Below are positions 49,353 to 61,524 of a DNA stretch of 64,000 nt, piece by piece (within the stretch, counting starts at the first letter, position 1; every line of letters begins with the position of its first letter). The DNA lies in assembly GCA_053919585.1 (NCBI GenBank), contig CM132821.1, one strand, 5' to 3'. Made by a program: the position numbers and the translations under genes. This DNA comes from Euprymna scolopes (Eukaryota). Under the pieces are notes generated by a model, which worked only from the letters and a program-made list of their open reading frames with translations, did no database searches and had not been told where the DNA came from.

Positions 49353-50121
49353 TATAACAGGCATTTGATTACAAAAGGAAAAAAAAAAAATAATAATAAT
49401 AAGGTTGGTGTCTATTCGCAATAGTCCTATCATGGGGAAAAATAAAACCATAATAAAATATTATTTCTAATGCAACCCATGATGCAAGCTTGTTAAGTAT
49501 ATGCGTCCGTTCCTATTTATTTTCCTCATCACGAGGGCAAAGTTAGACACAACGTCGGTATTTAATGTGAGGGAACGCCAGCTCCCCCACCAAAAGCGCA
49601 CTCTGGAGTGGAATAAAAAAATTTAAAAATTGGCTCAGTCTAGGACATTTTTTTTTCACTGATTGAAAACAGGATAGACTAAGTGTACCTATTTACAATG
49701 CCTCCCCAAGGGACAGAGTTAGACACCAGGGTCGTTTTTTAACGCGGAGAAAAGGTACAAATAAAAATTGTCTCAGTCGTGAAGGATTTCTCCTCCACTG
49801 AAAGAGAACGAGAAATGTAAGTGCCGCATCTGAAGAACAGATACTACACTTTGATCTTGGCCAAAGATACTACACTTTCTTCCTATTGGCATAATTTGCA
49901 GGAAATTCTGACACGTATGGATATCAGATACAATTGAATTGAATTTTTCTTTTTTTAACATTTCTTTCTAACTTTTTACCATCGAAATTATACTAACAAT
50001 ATTAAAATAAGTATAAAATTTAATTTATATAAATGTACAATATTTGTATTTAGTGTGTGCGTGTGTGTGAGTAAAATATCCGTAAAATTTTCCAAACCAG
50101 TAAATAAACTATGATGTTATA

Positions 50122-50964
50122 GAGGGTGGAACGACGATAAAAGTGTCGCCCTAAAGAAAACAACATTGCCACTTTATTTTAAAACTTTTATAAAAAAAAA
50201 TCAATTCAGGTAACTTGATTATGTAGTAGAGCTGACTATTCAATGTAGTCGCCTTCAGCCTCAATCACCACCTCAATAGGGTCTGGAACTGGGAGCATGC
50301 CTTTTCAGCAAGTGTCGGTGGGAGCTCAATGAATACTCAGCAGAAGGCGGCGATCAGGTTTGGCTTTGGTATCGTGGGAGGTCATGTTGGTGATGTTCTC
50401 AACAATGACCAAATAAAGAAGTCCAGCGGGTTTGGGCCAGTGAGAGAAGAGTACAAAGTCGTAGCACTCCTTTTGGACTTGTGGGCTGGTGCCATGTCCT
50501 GCTGTCATACCCAGGGTCTGCCAGCGGCCACCTGATTGCACCACATAGAGATCACCACACTCTTCAGCACATCCAAGTACATTTTGGTGTTGACTTTTAA
50601 GCCGACTTCGAAGATGTGAGGTGGCATGATGTGGCCCTCAATTGAAAGCACACCAACGATCATAACCATGACTAGAAACTTTGTTTTAATCATCCTGGGC
50701 ACGTCATTGTTTTTTGTAGCAATCCAGTGATGCATTTTGAAGGTACTGGCAATGGTCCTGTTGTCATAACTTGGATTGCTACAGAGCATGAGTGGCGCAT
50801 CTTCGATCTCACTCATTGAACAGTGTGTCACTTTCAAACATGATAGAAGGTTCCTATTGCTCTTGGGATATGTCCACAACTAGCCAACTAGTAGATGGTC
50901 CGCGACAAATGGAAATAGAATCATGTCGTCTTTTCTAAAGTGACAATTTTTTCATTCAACCCTG
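50122..50964 (-). mobile_element. maT (DD37D) deleted transposon, copy 4
   Basis: TA-GAGGGTGGAACGA...TTCAACCCTG-TA; ORF 50505..50879. Confidence 0.85.
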
Positions 50965-51699
50965 TACAATATTTATCATTATTGTTTTTTTTGAAGGGTT
51001 TTTTTTTTGTGTGAAATATCTGTAAAATTTAGGAAAATTGGATAAATTTGCAGTTTTTCACCTGACTGTGACGTCAGTTAAATCGTCTGCTATTATAAAC
51101 CAATGAAATTTGGACTCTGTTCTTTAGATTACAGAAGGTTTTTAGTTCTCTTCCCCTGCAAGAACTTAAACACCAGGGTAGGAAAGTGGGATTCAGCACC
51201 CCAGAGGAGGGGTATTCCTATCTGCAAAAAAGTGTCTGGCCAGACTCGTTGGCATTCTCTGTTAAGAGCGCCTCAGGTGATTAGCACTAACCTTTAACCC
51301 CCTCTGAAAGAGAGAAGGCAAGGCCTGAGAGGGTGGACCTCCTAGAACTTGCACAGAACTAAACTCCCACCACAAAATCAACAGGGCCAGATCCTTATGG
51401 TCTAATCTCTGTTGATTTTGGGGTCCGAGGATAAAATCCCTAGTCGAGTTGAGTAAATGGTTGAGTGGTCCCTTAGAGATCAACTTACTATTAGGAATTT
51501 TTTTATATGTGGATTCACATTAGCATTAACTTTTTTTTTTTTTTTCAATTTAAGTGTTTTTGTTTGTGTTTTTTTTTATTCAAAAAATAATAAAATAATA
51601 TTCTTTTGGTGGTTGTCCAGCAGACGGACTTGAAGAATATTGTCCTCCCGCCCTCCTTCTCTAATTTTTTTTTTTTCATCTTTTTATCAATTTTTTCAG

Positions 51700-52165
51700 T
51701 GGATTATTATCGAATGGACACTAGTCTACCAGATTATCAATAAAAAAGAAAGAAAAAAGTCAATATTTAAATATTTGTAAGTGGTGCTCAGTTTCTAATG
51801 CAACGTTCTAGTAAATCGATCACCCATTTTAGAACCACTCGATGTTTTAGGTCAAATTTTGCGAATTTAGCCCTTTTTAAAAGATAGTTTAGCCTCTTCT
51901 TTGAATTTCGTTTTTAAAATAATCCCTCAAAAGGCTAAACTGCTTTAAAAAAGGCTAAATTCGCGAAATTTGGCCGAATTTTTTTTTTAAATCTTTTTTT
52001 TCTTTTTTAATGGATAATTATCGAATGGACAATAGTCTATCAGATTATCAATAAAAAAGAAAGAAAAATTCAATATTTAAATATTTGTAAGGGGGTGCTC
52101 AGTTTCTAATGCAACATTCTAGTAAATTGATCACCCATTTTAGAACCACTTTGCGAAATTTGGCC
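51700..52165. repeat. direct duplication of about 140 bp (51700-51840 and 52011-52150) around an internal inverted repeat
   Basis: ATTATCGAATGGACA.TAGTCTA.CAGATTATCAATAAAA...TCACCCATTTTAGAACCACT occurs twice. Confidence 0.8.
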
Positions 52166-53374
52166 TAAAAACATAACGTCATTCTCAGACAGTTTTTTGA
52201 CTGTCTCAGATTGTGGGCTTCCATATAATCTGTGTTTACAAAACTACTGTTTGTTGCGCTTTTGCGAACGAAAGAATCACTTGTTTTTGGGATAATTGTG
52301 AGAAATTCCATATACAACCGCCATCTTTCTTGTTTAGGCCGGCCACACAGTTCTAGTAGCCGGTCTGTGATTGGTTTAAATTTGAATGTGTCAGGTGATT
52401 TGACTTGGCGCGCTTTTTGTATCATGCTATTATTTTTTAGTCTAAGAAAAATTCGGCAACGAGATAGACTCAAACCACAGCGGCTGCCTCTGGAGGGAGC
52501 CAAGACAATTCCTTCATGAACACCAAACTGTTGGTGAATGAAGGACACATTTCTTCAAGCAGAGACAACTTATATTGCTGAATCTATCCAAATCAAAGAT
52601 GAAATTCAAGAACTGTTCTACATGTTTATTTTCCAAATATTGGATCTTATCTCATTTTATCTTGACTCCCGTGGGGCTCACATTATGCCTAATTATAGGC
52701 GCCATCATTCCCGATGAATTTAACATGAACATTCATGGATCCTTCCAAAGGAACAACAAACTAACATTCCAACAATAGGAATTCGAACTAAAGGCTCCAT
52801 ATGTATGGGGGCAAATTGAGCCACCGTTTTGCAAAAGGACTATACCAGAACCAAAGAACTTTCATTGCTGTTTTTGTGAATAAATTTTGAGTTTAAAGGT
52901 ATGGTTTTTGTCTGTGGAATTCATTTGCTTCTGCAGAGAGGAAATTGAGTTGTGTGAGAAAGAAATTTCTTAAATAACTAAGCTATTTTTTGTACAAACA
53001 AGGCGTTTTTTTTTTAAATTTTATTTAATTCAATGTCTTATGACTTTACTAATTATCTTTGAAATAGACCCAGAAAACTAATATTTATCGTTTAAAGGAT
53101 TTTACAATGAATTTATTTAACTTCAAATTTTAGCTGAATTGGTTAGCTAGCTGTGAAAACATTTTTCATAACTTTTTTTTTTTGTTACGTGTACAAATAT
53201 TTTTTTACTTTTGGAAATTAAGTTTAGTCTTTCTTTCAAATACAATGAAAAAGTAGTCGGAAACCTACAAAAAAATTACGATAAATCGGCTTTCAAAACT
53301 AGGTCCTCCTATCCATTTTTGCCTGTACCTATGATTAGCTAAACATTTTACTTTATTTTAAAATTAGAAAAATT

Positions 53375-53798
53375 GGCGCTTCTACACTATTGGGACGAAA
53401 TTTCAGAAATTGTAAAACTGAATTTCACATGAAAACAATGGTATCTACGTATTCCTCGTATTTTTAAGATGATTATATCCAAAAATTACGAAAATCGATA
53501 AGGTAGAAAATTATTTATTAAAGAAAATAAAAATAGAATTTGATGAAAACGATCGTAAGACACAGGAGAGTTCAAAAGGGAGGTAATTTTCCGTTTCGAT
53601 TTAAACAAGATTGCCGAAATTTTTCACCTGCTAACATGATTAAAGTTTGTTTTTTTTAATAATTCAGTTATATCCAGGTAATTTATTAGAACTGACAAAA
53701 AAAAAAAAAGATCAGTAGAAACCATTGTTTTTTTTTTTTTTTATCTGAAAACTCCAATTATCGAGTACAAAATTTCGTCCTAATAGTGTAGAAGCGTC
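53375..53798. mobile_element. Merlin-like MITE (GG terminus, near-perfect 8-bp TSD)
   Basis: GGCGCTTCTACACTATT.GGACGAAATT TIR; TSD GAAAAATT/AAAAAATT. Confidence 0.65.
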
Positions 53799-53862
53799 AA
53801 AAAATTGCATTTTCATTATTTTCGCACACTGAAAAAAAAATGGGGGGGGTATTACTAATTTA

Positions 53863-54404
53863 GGTAAGTGTGTAGTTTAGCGGTGTAAATTATTTGGCAA
53901 ACAAAAAATTATAAAAACTATTTATTTTTATATAAAATACATCATTAGACTCTAAGACTGAAATAAAAGCAGGTAAAAAATTCATTTTTATTATTTTTTC
54001 ATCATTTTTTATTAGACTAAATGTACGATATTCGAGGCTGCCATATTGCTTTTAAAGTTTGGCCTTTCTAAGGTTTGACAGATTGGCTTTTTTATAAGGC
54101 CAAATTTGATCTTTTTTACGCTCTTTAATGAACCATTTTTTTTTGGTCGCCATATTTTTCGTAATGGAAGAGTGTAAAAAGGGCCAAATTTGGTCTTAAA
54201 GAGGCCAAATTTTAAAAGCAACATGGCGGCCTCGAATGTCGTACATTTAGTCTAATAAAAGATGATGAAAAAATAATAAAAATGAAATTTTTTTCGGGTT
54301 TTATTTCAACCTTTGAGTCTAATAATGTGTTTTATATAAAAATAAATAGTTTTTATAATTTTTTGTCTGTCCAGTAATTTACGCCGCTAAACTACACATT
54401 TACC
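53863..54404. mobile_element. Merlin-like fold-back element (GGTAA terminus, 8-bp TSD)
   Basis: Arms of about 210 bp; exact TSD CTAATTTA at 53855-53862 and 54405-54412. Confidence 0.75.
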
Positions 54405-54861
54405 CTAATTTATTCCAAGTTTGGCACTTTGAACCGTACACAAGTTATGATAATGATATTAACTTATGTTAAAGTTACATCGTATTACATATAGGAGAGT
54501 TAATTCTATGGTTAGCTTTGAAGGTACCTATTATATAGAATTTTTTCGTACAACTACACTATAATATTGAAATTCGAATTTTTTTTATATTGAATTTCAA
54601 GACAAACTAATGATCTCTACTTAACTGTAATGTTACAGGAATAAATATACCAAAAAATTATGTAAAAAAAAAACCATTAAGGTAGAAAAAATTATTAAAG
54701 GAAACTTTTTTCAACAAAAATTAGCAAAAATAAAATTTTTGACAAAAAAAACAAACAAAACAAACAAACAAACAAATAAAAAAACACTGGAGGGTTCCAA
54801 GGGGAAGTAAATAGCATGTAATTTCTGACAATTATTTAATAAATTGTTCATTAACAATCAA

Positions 54862-55462
54862 GGGTTTGTATTACTGTACACATAGATTCGAAAAAGTTGT
54901 CAAAAAACAAATATATAACAAATAAATGTTATCAAAGGCAAGCTAAGTTACTTTTCTACGTAACTGGATATATTTTTCGTGTTTTTATTCAATGTAACAT
55001 GTTTATTCAGCTCGAAAACCATACAGTGTTTACTGATGTATTGGAAAATTCAAGATGGCGTCTGACTCTCTCTTTAACACGGTAAGTTTGGGAAAAGGTG
55101 TTATAAATAAAAAACTGGATAAAATACTGTTAAAAACTCGCTGAATATATGTTACCGTGACATAGGTTGATATATATTCGGCGGGTTTTTAATAGTATTT
55201 TATCTAGTTTTTTTTATTTATAACACCTTTTCCCAAACTTACCGTGTTAAAGAGAGAGTCAGACGCCATCTTGAATTTTCCAATATATCGGTAAACACTG
55301 TATGGTTTTCGAGCTGAATAAACATGTTACATTGAATAAAAACACGAAAAATATATCCAGTTACGTAGAACAGTAACTTAGCTTGCCTTTGATAACATTT
55401 ATTTGTTATATATTTGTTTTTTGACACCTTTTTCGAATCTATGTGTACAGTAATACAAACCC
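54862..55462. mobile_element. young near-perfect 601-bp palindromic element with 8-bp TSD
   Basis: Arms of about 295 bp, nearly identical; TSD ACAATCAA at 54854-54861 and 55463-55470. Confidence 0.9.
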
Positions 55463-56449
55463 ACAATCAAATATGAGCTACTTGCCTTGTTTTTAGCATA
55501 ACTGAGTTACTTTCCTTGTCACATGTTCTCAAAACAATATGGTGAGGGTTTTTTTCTTTTACGATAAAGATCGAAAACTCGTTTTTTTTTTTTAATAATA
55601 ATTCGTTAATATTTAAGTACTTTTGACATGGCAATTTAGTAGATATTATTGCTTTTAGTTAAAATTGACTCAAAATATCAGTAGATACCATTGTTTATTT
55701 ATTTTTTTAAATCGATTTTTTTTTAGTTTACCGCATTTTGTTATTATAGTGTAGCAGCTGCACCTGTTGTTTTTTTTTTTTTGTTTTTTTTTTCTATTTT
55801 GCTCTTGGCGCTATCTTTAACAATTACCATGGAATTTCTTAGAATTCCGGTGCTTTTCAATAGCAAAAATAGTTCTTTTACTTAAAATGGTTAACTTTCT
55901 AAATAACAGCATTATTAAGCGTGTTGTGATGTTGTGATGCTATTTGTAAAAAATTTGTTGAAAAATGAAAATTAATATTTTGTGACACTTCAACACATCT
56001 CAGTTAGAAGCCAGCCATCTAAAACTTATCGTTGGTTAGTTTTTGACCTGGAAGTTGTATTTTTTTTTTTTTATTCTTTTTTATTTTTTTAAATTAAAAA
56101 AAAATTTTTTTTTACATCAATAGGCTTCATTCCTTGTTTGGAGCGATTTCCATAAAAAAAAAACGGGAAGATGAAAATGTGACCCCCCACCCCCACCCCA
56201 TCACTACTACCACCACCTGCATACATAATCAGTTACAGAATTTGAAATTCATTTTCTTAAACATTTCCTGTAAATATTTTATATTTCGTCAGTTTTGCCA
56301 AAGAAAAAGTGATTGTTTTGGAGGAAGTGACTAACAATGGAAATCGTTACAGAAAAAGAGAAACGGTAAGTATTCTTTAAATTATCTCATCATAATACTA
56401 CAAAAGAGTCTCAATAAACAAGTAAAGGAGGATCGCTGTATACTCCTAA

Positions 56450-56946
56450 CGATTGTATACAACGATGATGATGATTGATATTTAGGACCGTTATGTCGCG
56501 AATGGCGTTTATTAATTATGCAAAACAAATTAAGGCACAACAAATGCACGGCAAAGCACGACAACTGCTCCTGTTGATTCTCTATTCATGTAATATTTAG
56601 GCACGTCATTCCAGCAACCTGGCATTCTGGGAACAACAAGAAGCAACCAATTTAAATTTAGAAAATAAAGGAATGTGGGCATGATTACAAAATCCGAAAA
56701 ATTGGAAAAATCGGATTTTTTTAAACTTGTCCATATTTCTTTTATTTTCTTTAAAAGTTGATAAGAAGTTGCTTTTTCTTCTGATGAGTTATAGGTGGAA
56801 TAAATTCAAAAATTGACATAATAATTACATGAATGATTCTGCACTATGAAACAGGTGCTGTCAAAAATTATGCATTTCAACCTGCTTAAAGAAATAAACG
56901 GTAAGATGGTCAACATCTTGAAATTTGGAAGATAGACTTTTTGTCA

Positions 56947-56996
<50 letters not shown>

Positions 56997-57315
56997 CGTG
57001 TGCGCACCGGCATTTCCCAATAGAAAAAAAATTAAAGACCACCATCAAAAACAGATAATTGTATACAACGATGATGATGATGATGATGATGACTGATGAT
57101 TCTATTTGACTGATTCGTTGGGCCCTGGTTTGGACCATTATGTCGTGAATGGATTTTTCTAATTATGCAAAACAAATTCAGGCACGACAAATGTACATCA
57201 AAGTACAACAACTGCACTTGCTGATTCTATATTCGTGTGGTATTTAGGCACGTCATTCGAGCAAACTGGGATTCTTATGTCAGGAGCAACAAGAAGGAAC
57301 CAATGTAAATTTAGA
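56450..57315. repeat. diverged local duplication (about 56450-56665 and 57058-57315)
   Basis: GTATACAACGATGATG...TAATTATGCAAAACAAATT.AGGCAC...TTTAGGCACGTCATTC occurs twice. Confidence 0.8.
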
Positions 57316-57724
57316 CGGACTGGTATGCTGTTTCTTTGTTTGTTTTTGTTTTTTTCGCTGAAAATCTTTGTAAAAAAATAATTTACTTTTATTTATTTAT
57401 TTAAAAAAAATTTTGGAGACAGACAGATCAATATTTTCATGGAATTAAATAATTTATCAATAAATTTATTTTTCATAGTGATTTTGTCTCAATGACCGGC
57501 TGACTCTTACTGACCCTTATCCCAAATAACCCTTGGCCCTAGTAGAAAAAAAAAACAAAAAAACTTTATTTATAAAAATCCATAAACAAACGAAATACAG
57601 TAGCTTGTTCATTGTTTTTTTTTTCTTTTTTTCTTTTTTTTCAATGTAAGTTTAACTGATATGATTAGACAACCTGTGATCGGTCAACAATCTGTTGCTT
57701 CTTTGTATGTTTTTTTTTCCAGTA

Positions 57725-57776
<52 letters not shown>

Positions 57777-57968
57777 GAGGTTAATATTTTCCAGAGGTAA
57801 AGTAACCAATGAAGTTTAACAAGGTAAATACAAGAGTGCTCAATACCAAAGTAGGACATATACTTTGTATCTAGACTGTAAATTTTGCTTTCGTATAAGC
57901 TGTCTTGACTGAAGAGGTCTCTAGTTACAAGTAACTAGCTGACCGAAACATGCTCATGACTGTGTAGC

Positions 57969-58189
57969 AACAAAAAACCAAGACTTCAAAGAATGGGTTG
58001 ATAGCAACAAAAAGTGTATTTCATTGTTAGTTACAATTGTTTCAAGACCATTTGGACAAATTCAAACATTATGTCGTTTGAAAATTTTCACAACAATTTG
58101 TCCAAATGGTCTTGAAACAATTTTAACTAACAATGAAATACACTTTTTGTTGCTATCAACCCATTTCTTTGAAGTCTTGGTTTTTTGTT
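57969..58189. repeat. near-perfect inverted repeat (arms about 95 bp)
   Basis: AACCAAGACTTCAAAGAA...GACCATTTGGACAAATT is mirrored. Confidence 0.85.
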
Positions 58190-58333
58190 AAAACAGTATA
58201 TGAATGCTCAATTATGAAATATGATAATTTTGTAGCTTACAGTTTAAGTCATCTCTTTTTGGCTTAAAATTTATTGGTATATGAACGATTACTGAATTAT
58301 ATAAACCCAATATAATTCGGAATACTACAAACA

Positions 58334-58390
<57 letters not shown>

Positions 58391-58782
58391 ACATACAATA
58401 CTGTTTCGCTGTAGTTGGTCACCTGGTTGTACAATATGCTTTAACATAATATTTTAATTTATGCAGTTGTGTATGTATTTTATAGAATCAATCTTCTATT
58501 GATTATTATATATTACGAGGAATAATTTGCTTGATGGACTAATTTGCAACAAAATTTTTTTATAAATAATAATGATAATGTCATTCATAACATTCCGTCT
58601 GTTTTCATTTACAATATCACATCAGCTGATATTTGGGCTAAACGAAGAATGCTCTGGAAAAGTCACCTCTGGTTAATGTTTAGTTTTAAAATATGCAAAC
58701 GAAGAAATGATTTGTGGTGATTTAAAATGATGCCTCTTTTATCGTAAATTGGACTCATTAATAAGAAAAAATTAAAATAAAA

Positions 58783-58858
58783 TGGTGAGGTACACCTGGT
58801 CTTGAACATGGGATTATTCGATCTGTAGTCGAATGCTTTGCCACTGGGCTATATATCC
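58783..58858 (-). pseudogene. tRNA-Cys-derived pseudogene or SINE head ending in CCA
   Basis: GGATATATAGCCCAGTGGCAAAGCATTCGACTACAGATCGAATAATCCCATGTTCAAGACCAGGTGTACCTCACCA; perfect anticodon stem (anticodon ACA) but broken acceptor and T stems. Confidence 0.65.
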
Positions 58859-59182
58859 AGATAACAATAAATCGCTTTTCTTTTCTTTTTCTTTTTTTTT
58901 TTAAAGAAGAAATGATTTGGTGAGATTTTATTATTTCTCTTGCTCAGTGTAACATAAACTATTCCCCTGTAAAAATTATTCCTTTTATGTATAAAAGAAG
59001 AAAAACTATTTTAAAGATCGGATTTTGTCGATTTTAGACACTTATCAGATGAATTTCTGTATGGAACATATTTAAGAACACTGCCAGACACATGAATTAG
59101 CTTTGAGTGAAATTTGCAAAAAATAGGCTCAGCCATTTTGGAACCTATGAGTAAGGAACTCACACAGTGATTTTACATAATA

Positions 59183-59244
<62 letters not shown>

Positions 59245-59246
<2 letters not shown>

Positions 59247-59690
59247 GTAGTTTTTTGTTTATATCCATTAGAGGCGTTGAGTGAAATTTGAAAATAAAAT
59301 AGGATACGCATTGAACATGTTTGAAGTCAAATAACTGCAACGCGGAATTTTTATAAAATAAACGAGTGTTTATTTCTTTAGAAATATATTTCGGAGATAT
59401 ACTCCTTTGTCAATCTCTATATTGTTTTTCTTCTTTTTCTTCGCCATGATGTCCAGTGGAAGAATGTTCAATGAATTATGTAGTCGGATAGTACGCGTCG
59501 TCGCACGGTTTGAAAATCTGGGTAGTTTTTTTGTTTATATCCATTAGAGGCATTGAGTTAAATTTGAAAATAAAATAAGAGACGTATTGAGCGCGTTTGG
59601 AGCAAAATAACTGCAACGCGAAATTTTTTTTATAAAATAAATGAGTGTTTATTTCTTTAGAAATATATTTTGGAGATATACTCCTTTAAA
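59245..59690. repeat. tandem duplication with period about 275 bp
   Basis: GGGTAGTTTTTTGTTTATATCCATTAGAGGC...GGAGATATACTCCTTT occurs twice. Confidence 0.8.
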
Positions 59691-59737
<47 letters not shown>

Positions 59738-59924
59738 TACATTGATAAAGGAGTATATATGACCTGAATAAAACAAAAAAAATGTGTAGCTGAGGAGATA
59801 GTAATGTGTCATTTATCTTATTGATCTTTACGCTTTGCAACTTGTATCATTTTATTTTTGCTTGATTTGTCTCTCGGTATTTTTAATTTTGGTAACTTGA
59901 TTCATCTCTGAACATTTCGTTGCA

Positions 59925-60232
59925 GTTTTATTCGTCTCTCAACATTTTTTTTCATTTTTTTTTTTTTGCAATTTGATTCGTCTCAACATTTTTTTTTTCA
60001 TTTTTTTTTTTGCAATTTGATTCGTCTCAACAATTTTTTTCATTTTTTTTTTTTGCAATTTGATTCGTCTCAACATTTTTTTTTTTTTTGCAATTTGATT
60101 CGTCTCAACATTTTTCCTTTTTTTGCAATTTGATTCGTCTCAACATTTTTTTTCCTTTTTTTGCAATTTGATTCGTCTCAACATTTTTTTTCCTTTTTTT
60201 GCAATTTGATTCGTCTCCCAACATTTTTTTTT
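59925..60232. repeat. T-rich minisatellite, unit about 30 bp, about 9 copies
   Basis: (T)nGCAATTTGATTCGTCTCAACA repeated. Confidence 0.9.
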
Positions 60233-60234
60233 CA

Positions 60235-61000
60235 GATAGATGGACTGTCACATAGCCTCTTTCCAGTTGGGTGACTGTACAGTGTAGTATAAGGTGGTCT
60301 GTGTCCTTGAGGGCTTCCTTGTACTTTGGCATATTGGGGACTCTCTACCTGTGTTTGTTTACTGCAGTCCTGCAGTGTCTTGTTCTGATCCAATTTGCGA
60401 CTACCAACTGCTTCCTACTATTTGTAGCAAAACATGGAAGGCCAAAGTTGGGTCTTCAATGATACCCTCTTGTTTGGGAGTATTGTTTCTCCAGAAATCC
60501 TCAACTGGGTCGAAATCTTTGATTTTTGAATTGTAGAAGGGCTTTGAAGACTTGAGTCTGGGGTTATTTGGACATCTTTTAAAATTTGTTGAATTAATAA
60601 GTCCCTGGTGTCCTCCTGGATGTTTTCAATCCATTTTTAAGTTGCCTCTTCCCTCCTTATGTGGAGTGGTGCGATTGAGCTTGTTACTAGTAGCCATTGT
60701 GTTGGGGTTGACTTCAGACAACCTGAGGTAATATGCATGGTTTCTCAGAGTTTTTTATCTCTTGATCTTGTGTGTTGTCTCCGAGACCATATTGGGATGC
60801 AGTATTCTGCAGCACTGTAGCAGAGTGCGACTGCTTTTGTTCTGAGGACTCTTTGAGAAGCTCTCCATAGTATTCCGGCTACTTTGTTTAGGAGGTTGTT
60901 TCTTTTGGCAATCTTATTTGCCAATTCCCTAAGGTGCGTCTAAGAGGACACTGTCTTATCAAGGTGATTCCCAAGTACTTGGGGAATTAATCACCACTTA
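60235..61000 (-). mobile_element. Ingi/Vingi-like (I-group) non-LTR retrotransposon 3' fragment
   Basis: KYLGITL...RNNLLNKVAG..W.AS..VLRT.AVALCYSAAEYCIPIWSR; C-terminal DHLILHC. The clade call is tentative. Confidence 0.65.
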
Positions 61001-61524
61001 ACCACCGACACCTCGATGATAATGATGATTTGAAGGTATTCAATAACTACTCAAACAACCAATATAAAGAGGTTTCATTACTGCACTAGCGGGATATGGC
61101 TTAGAAAAATTGAAAAAAAAGAAACAAGAATCGTAACCATCAAACTTAAATTGATATGAACGCACCGGAAGTACATGCTAAGCTTTTATCTATGATGAAA
61201 AAAAAAATTTTTCAACGTTATTGGGGGGGGGGTACTTATTGACTTTTTTCCTTAATCCTGTGTATGTGCTTGAAGGAACGATCCCTTTTTTAAAATTTAC
61301 AATTAAACAAAAGCATGAAATGGCTTACTTTTGTATAGAATGGATTGAAAGACATTATAGCAGAATTTAATTTGATAATAGGATAAACTGCAGTAGTGGG
61401 GTTTAAAGACGGTTAAATAAACAGATGTACATTTGCAAACCAACATGGAAATTAGTTAACATGAAGCGGCAATTGTATACACATATTCTGAAAATAGTTG
61501 TAGCGCTTTAAGCTTTTATCAACA

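Noticed and set aside
49179-49451. Lys/Arg/Glu-rich ORF, and IYIYIY or THTHTH ORFs elsewhere
   Set aside because: These are translations of low-complexity DNA and microsatellites.
54897-55466. Twin near-identical ORFs on opposite strands
   Set aside because: They are an automatic result of the 601-bp palindrome and show no recognisable protein features.
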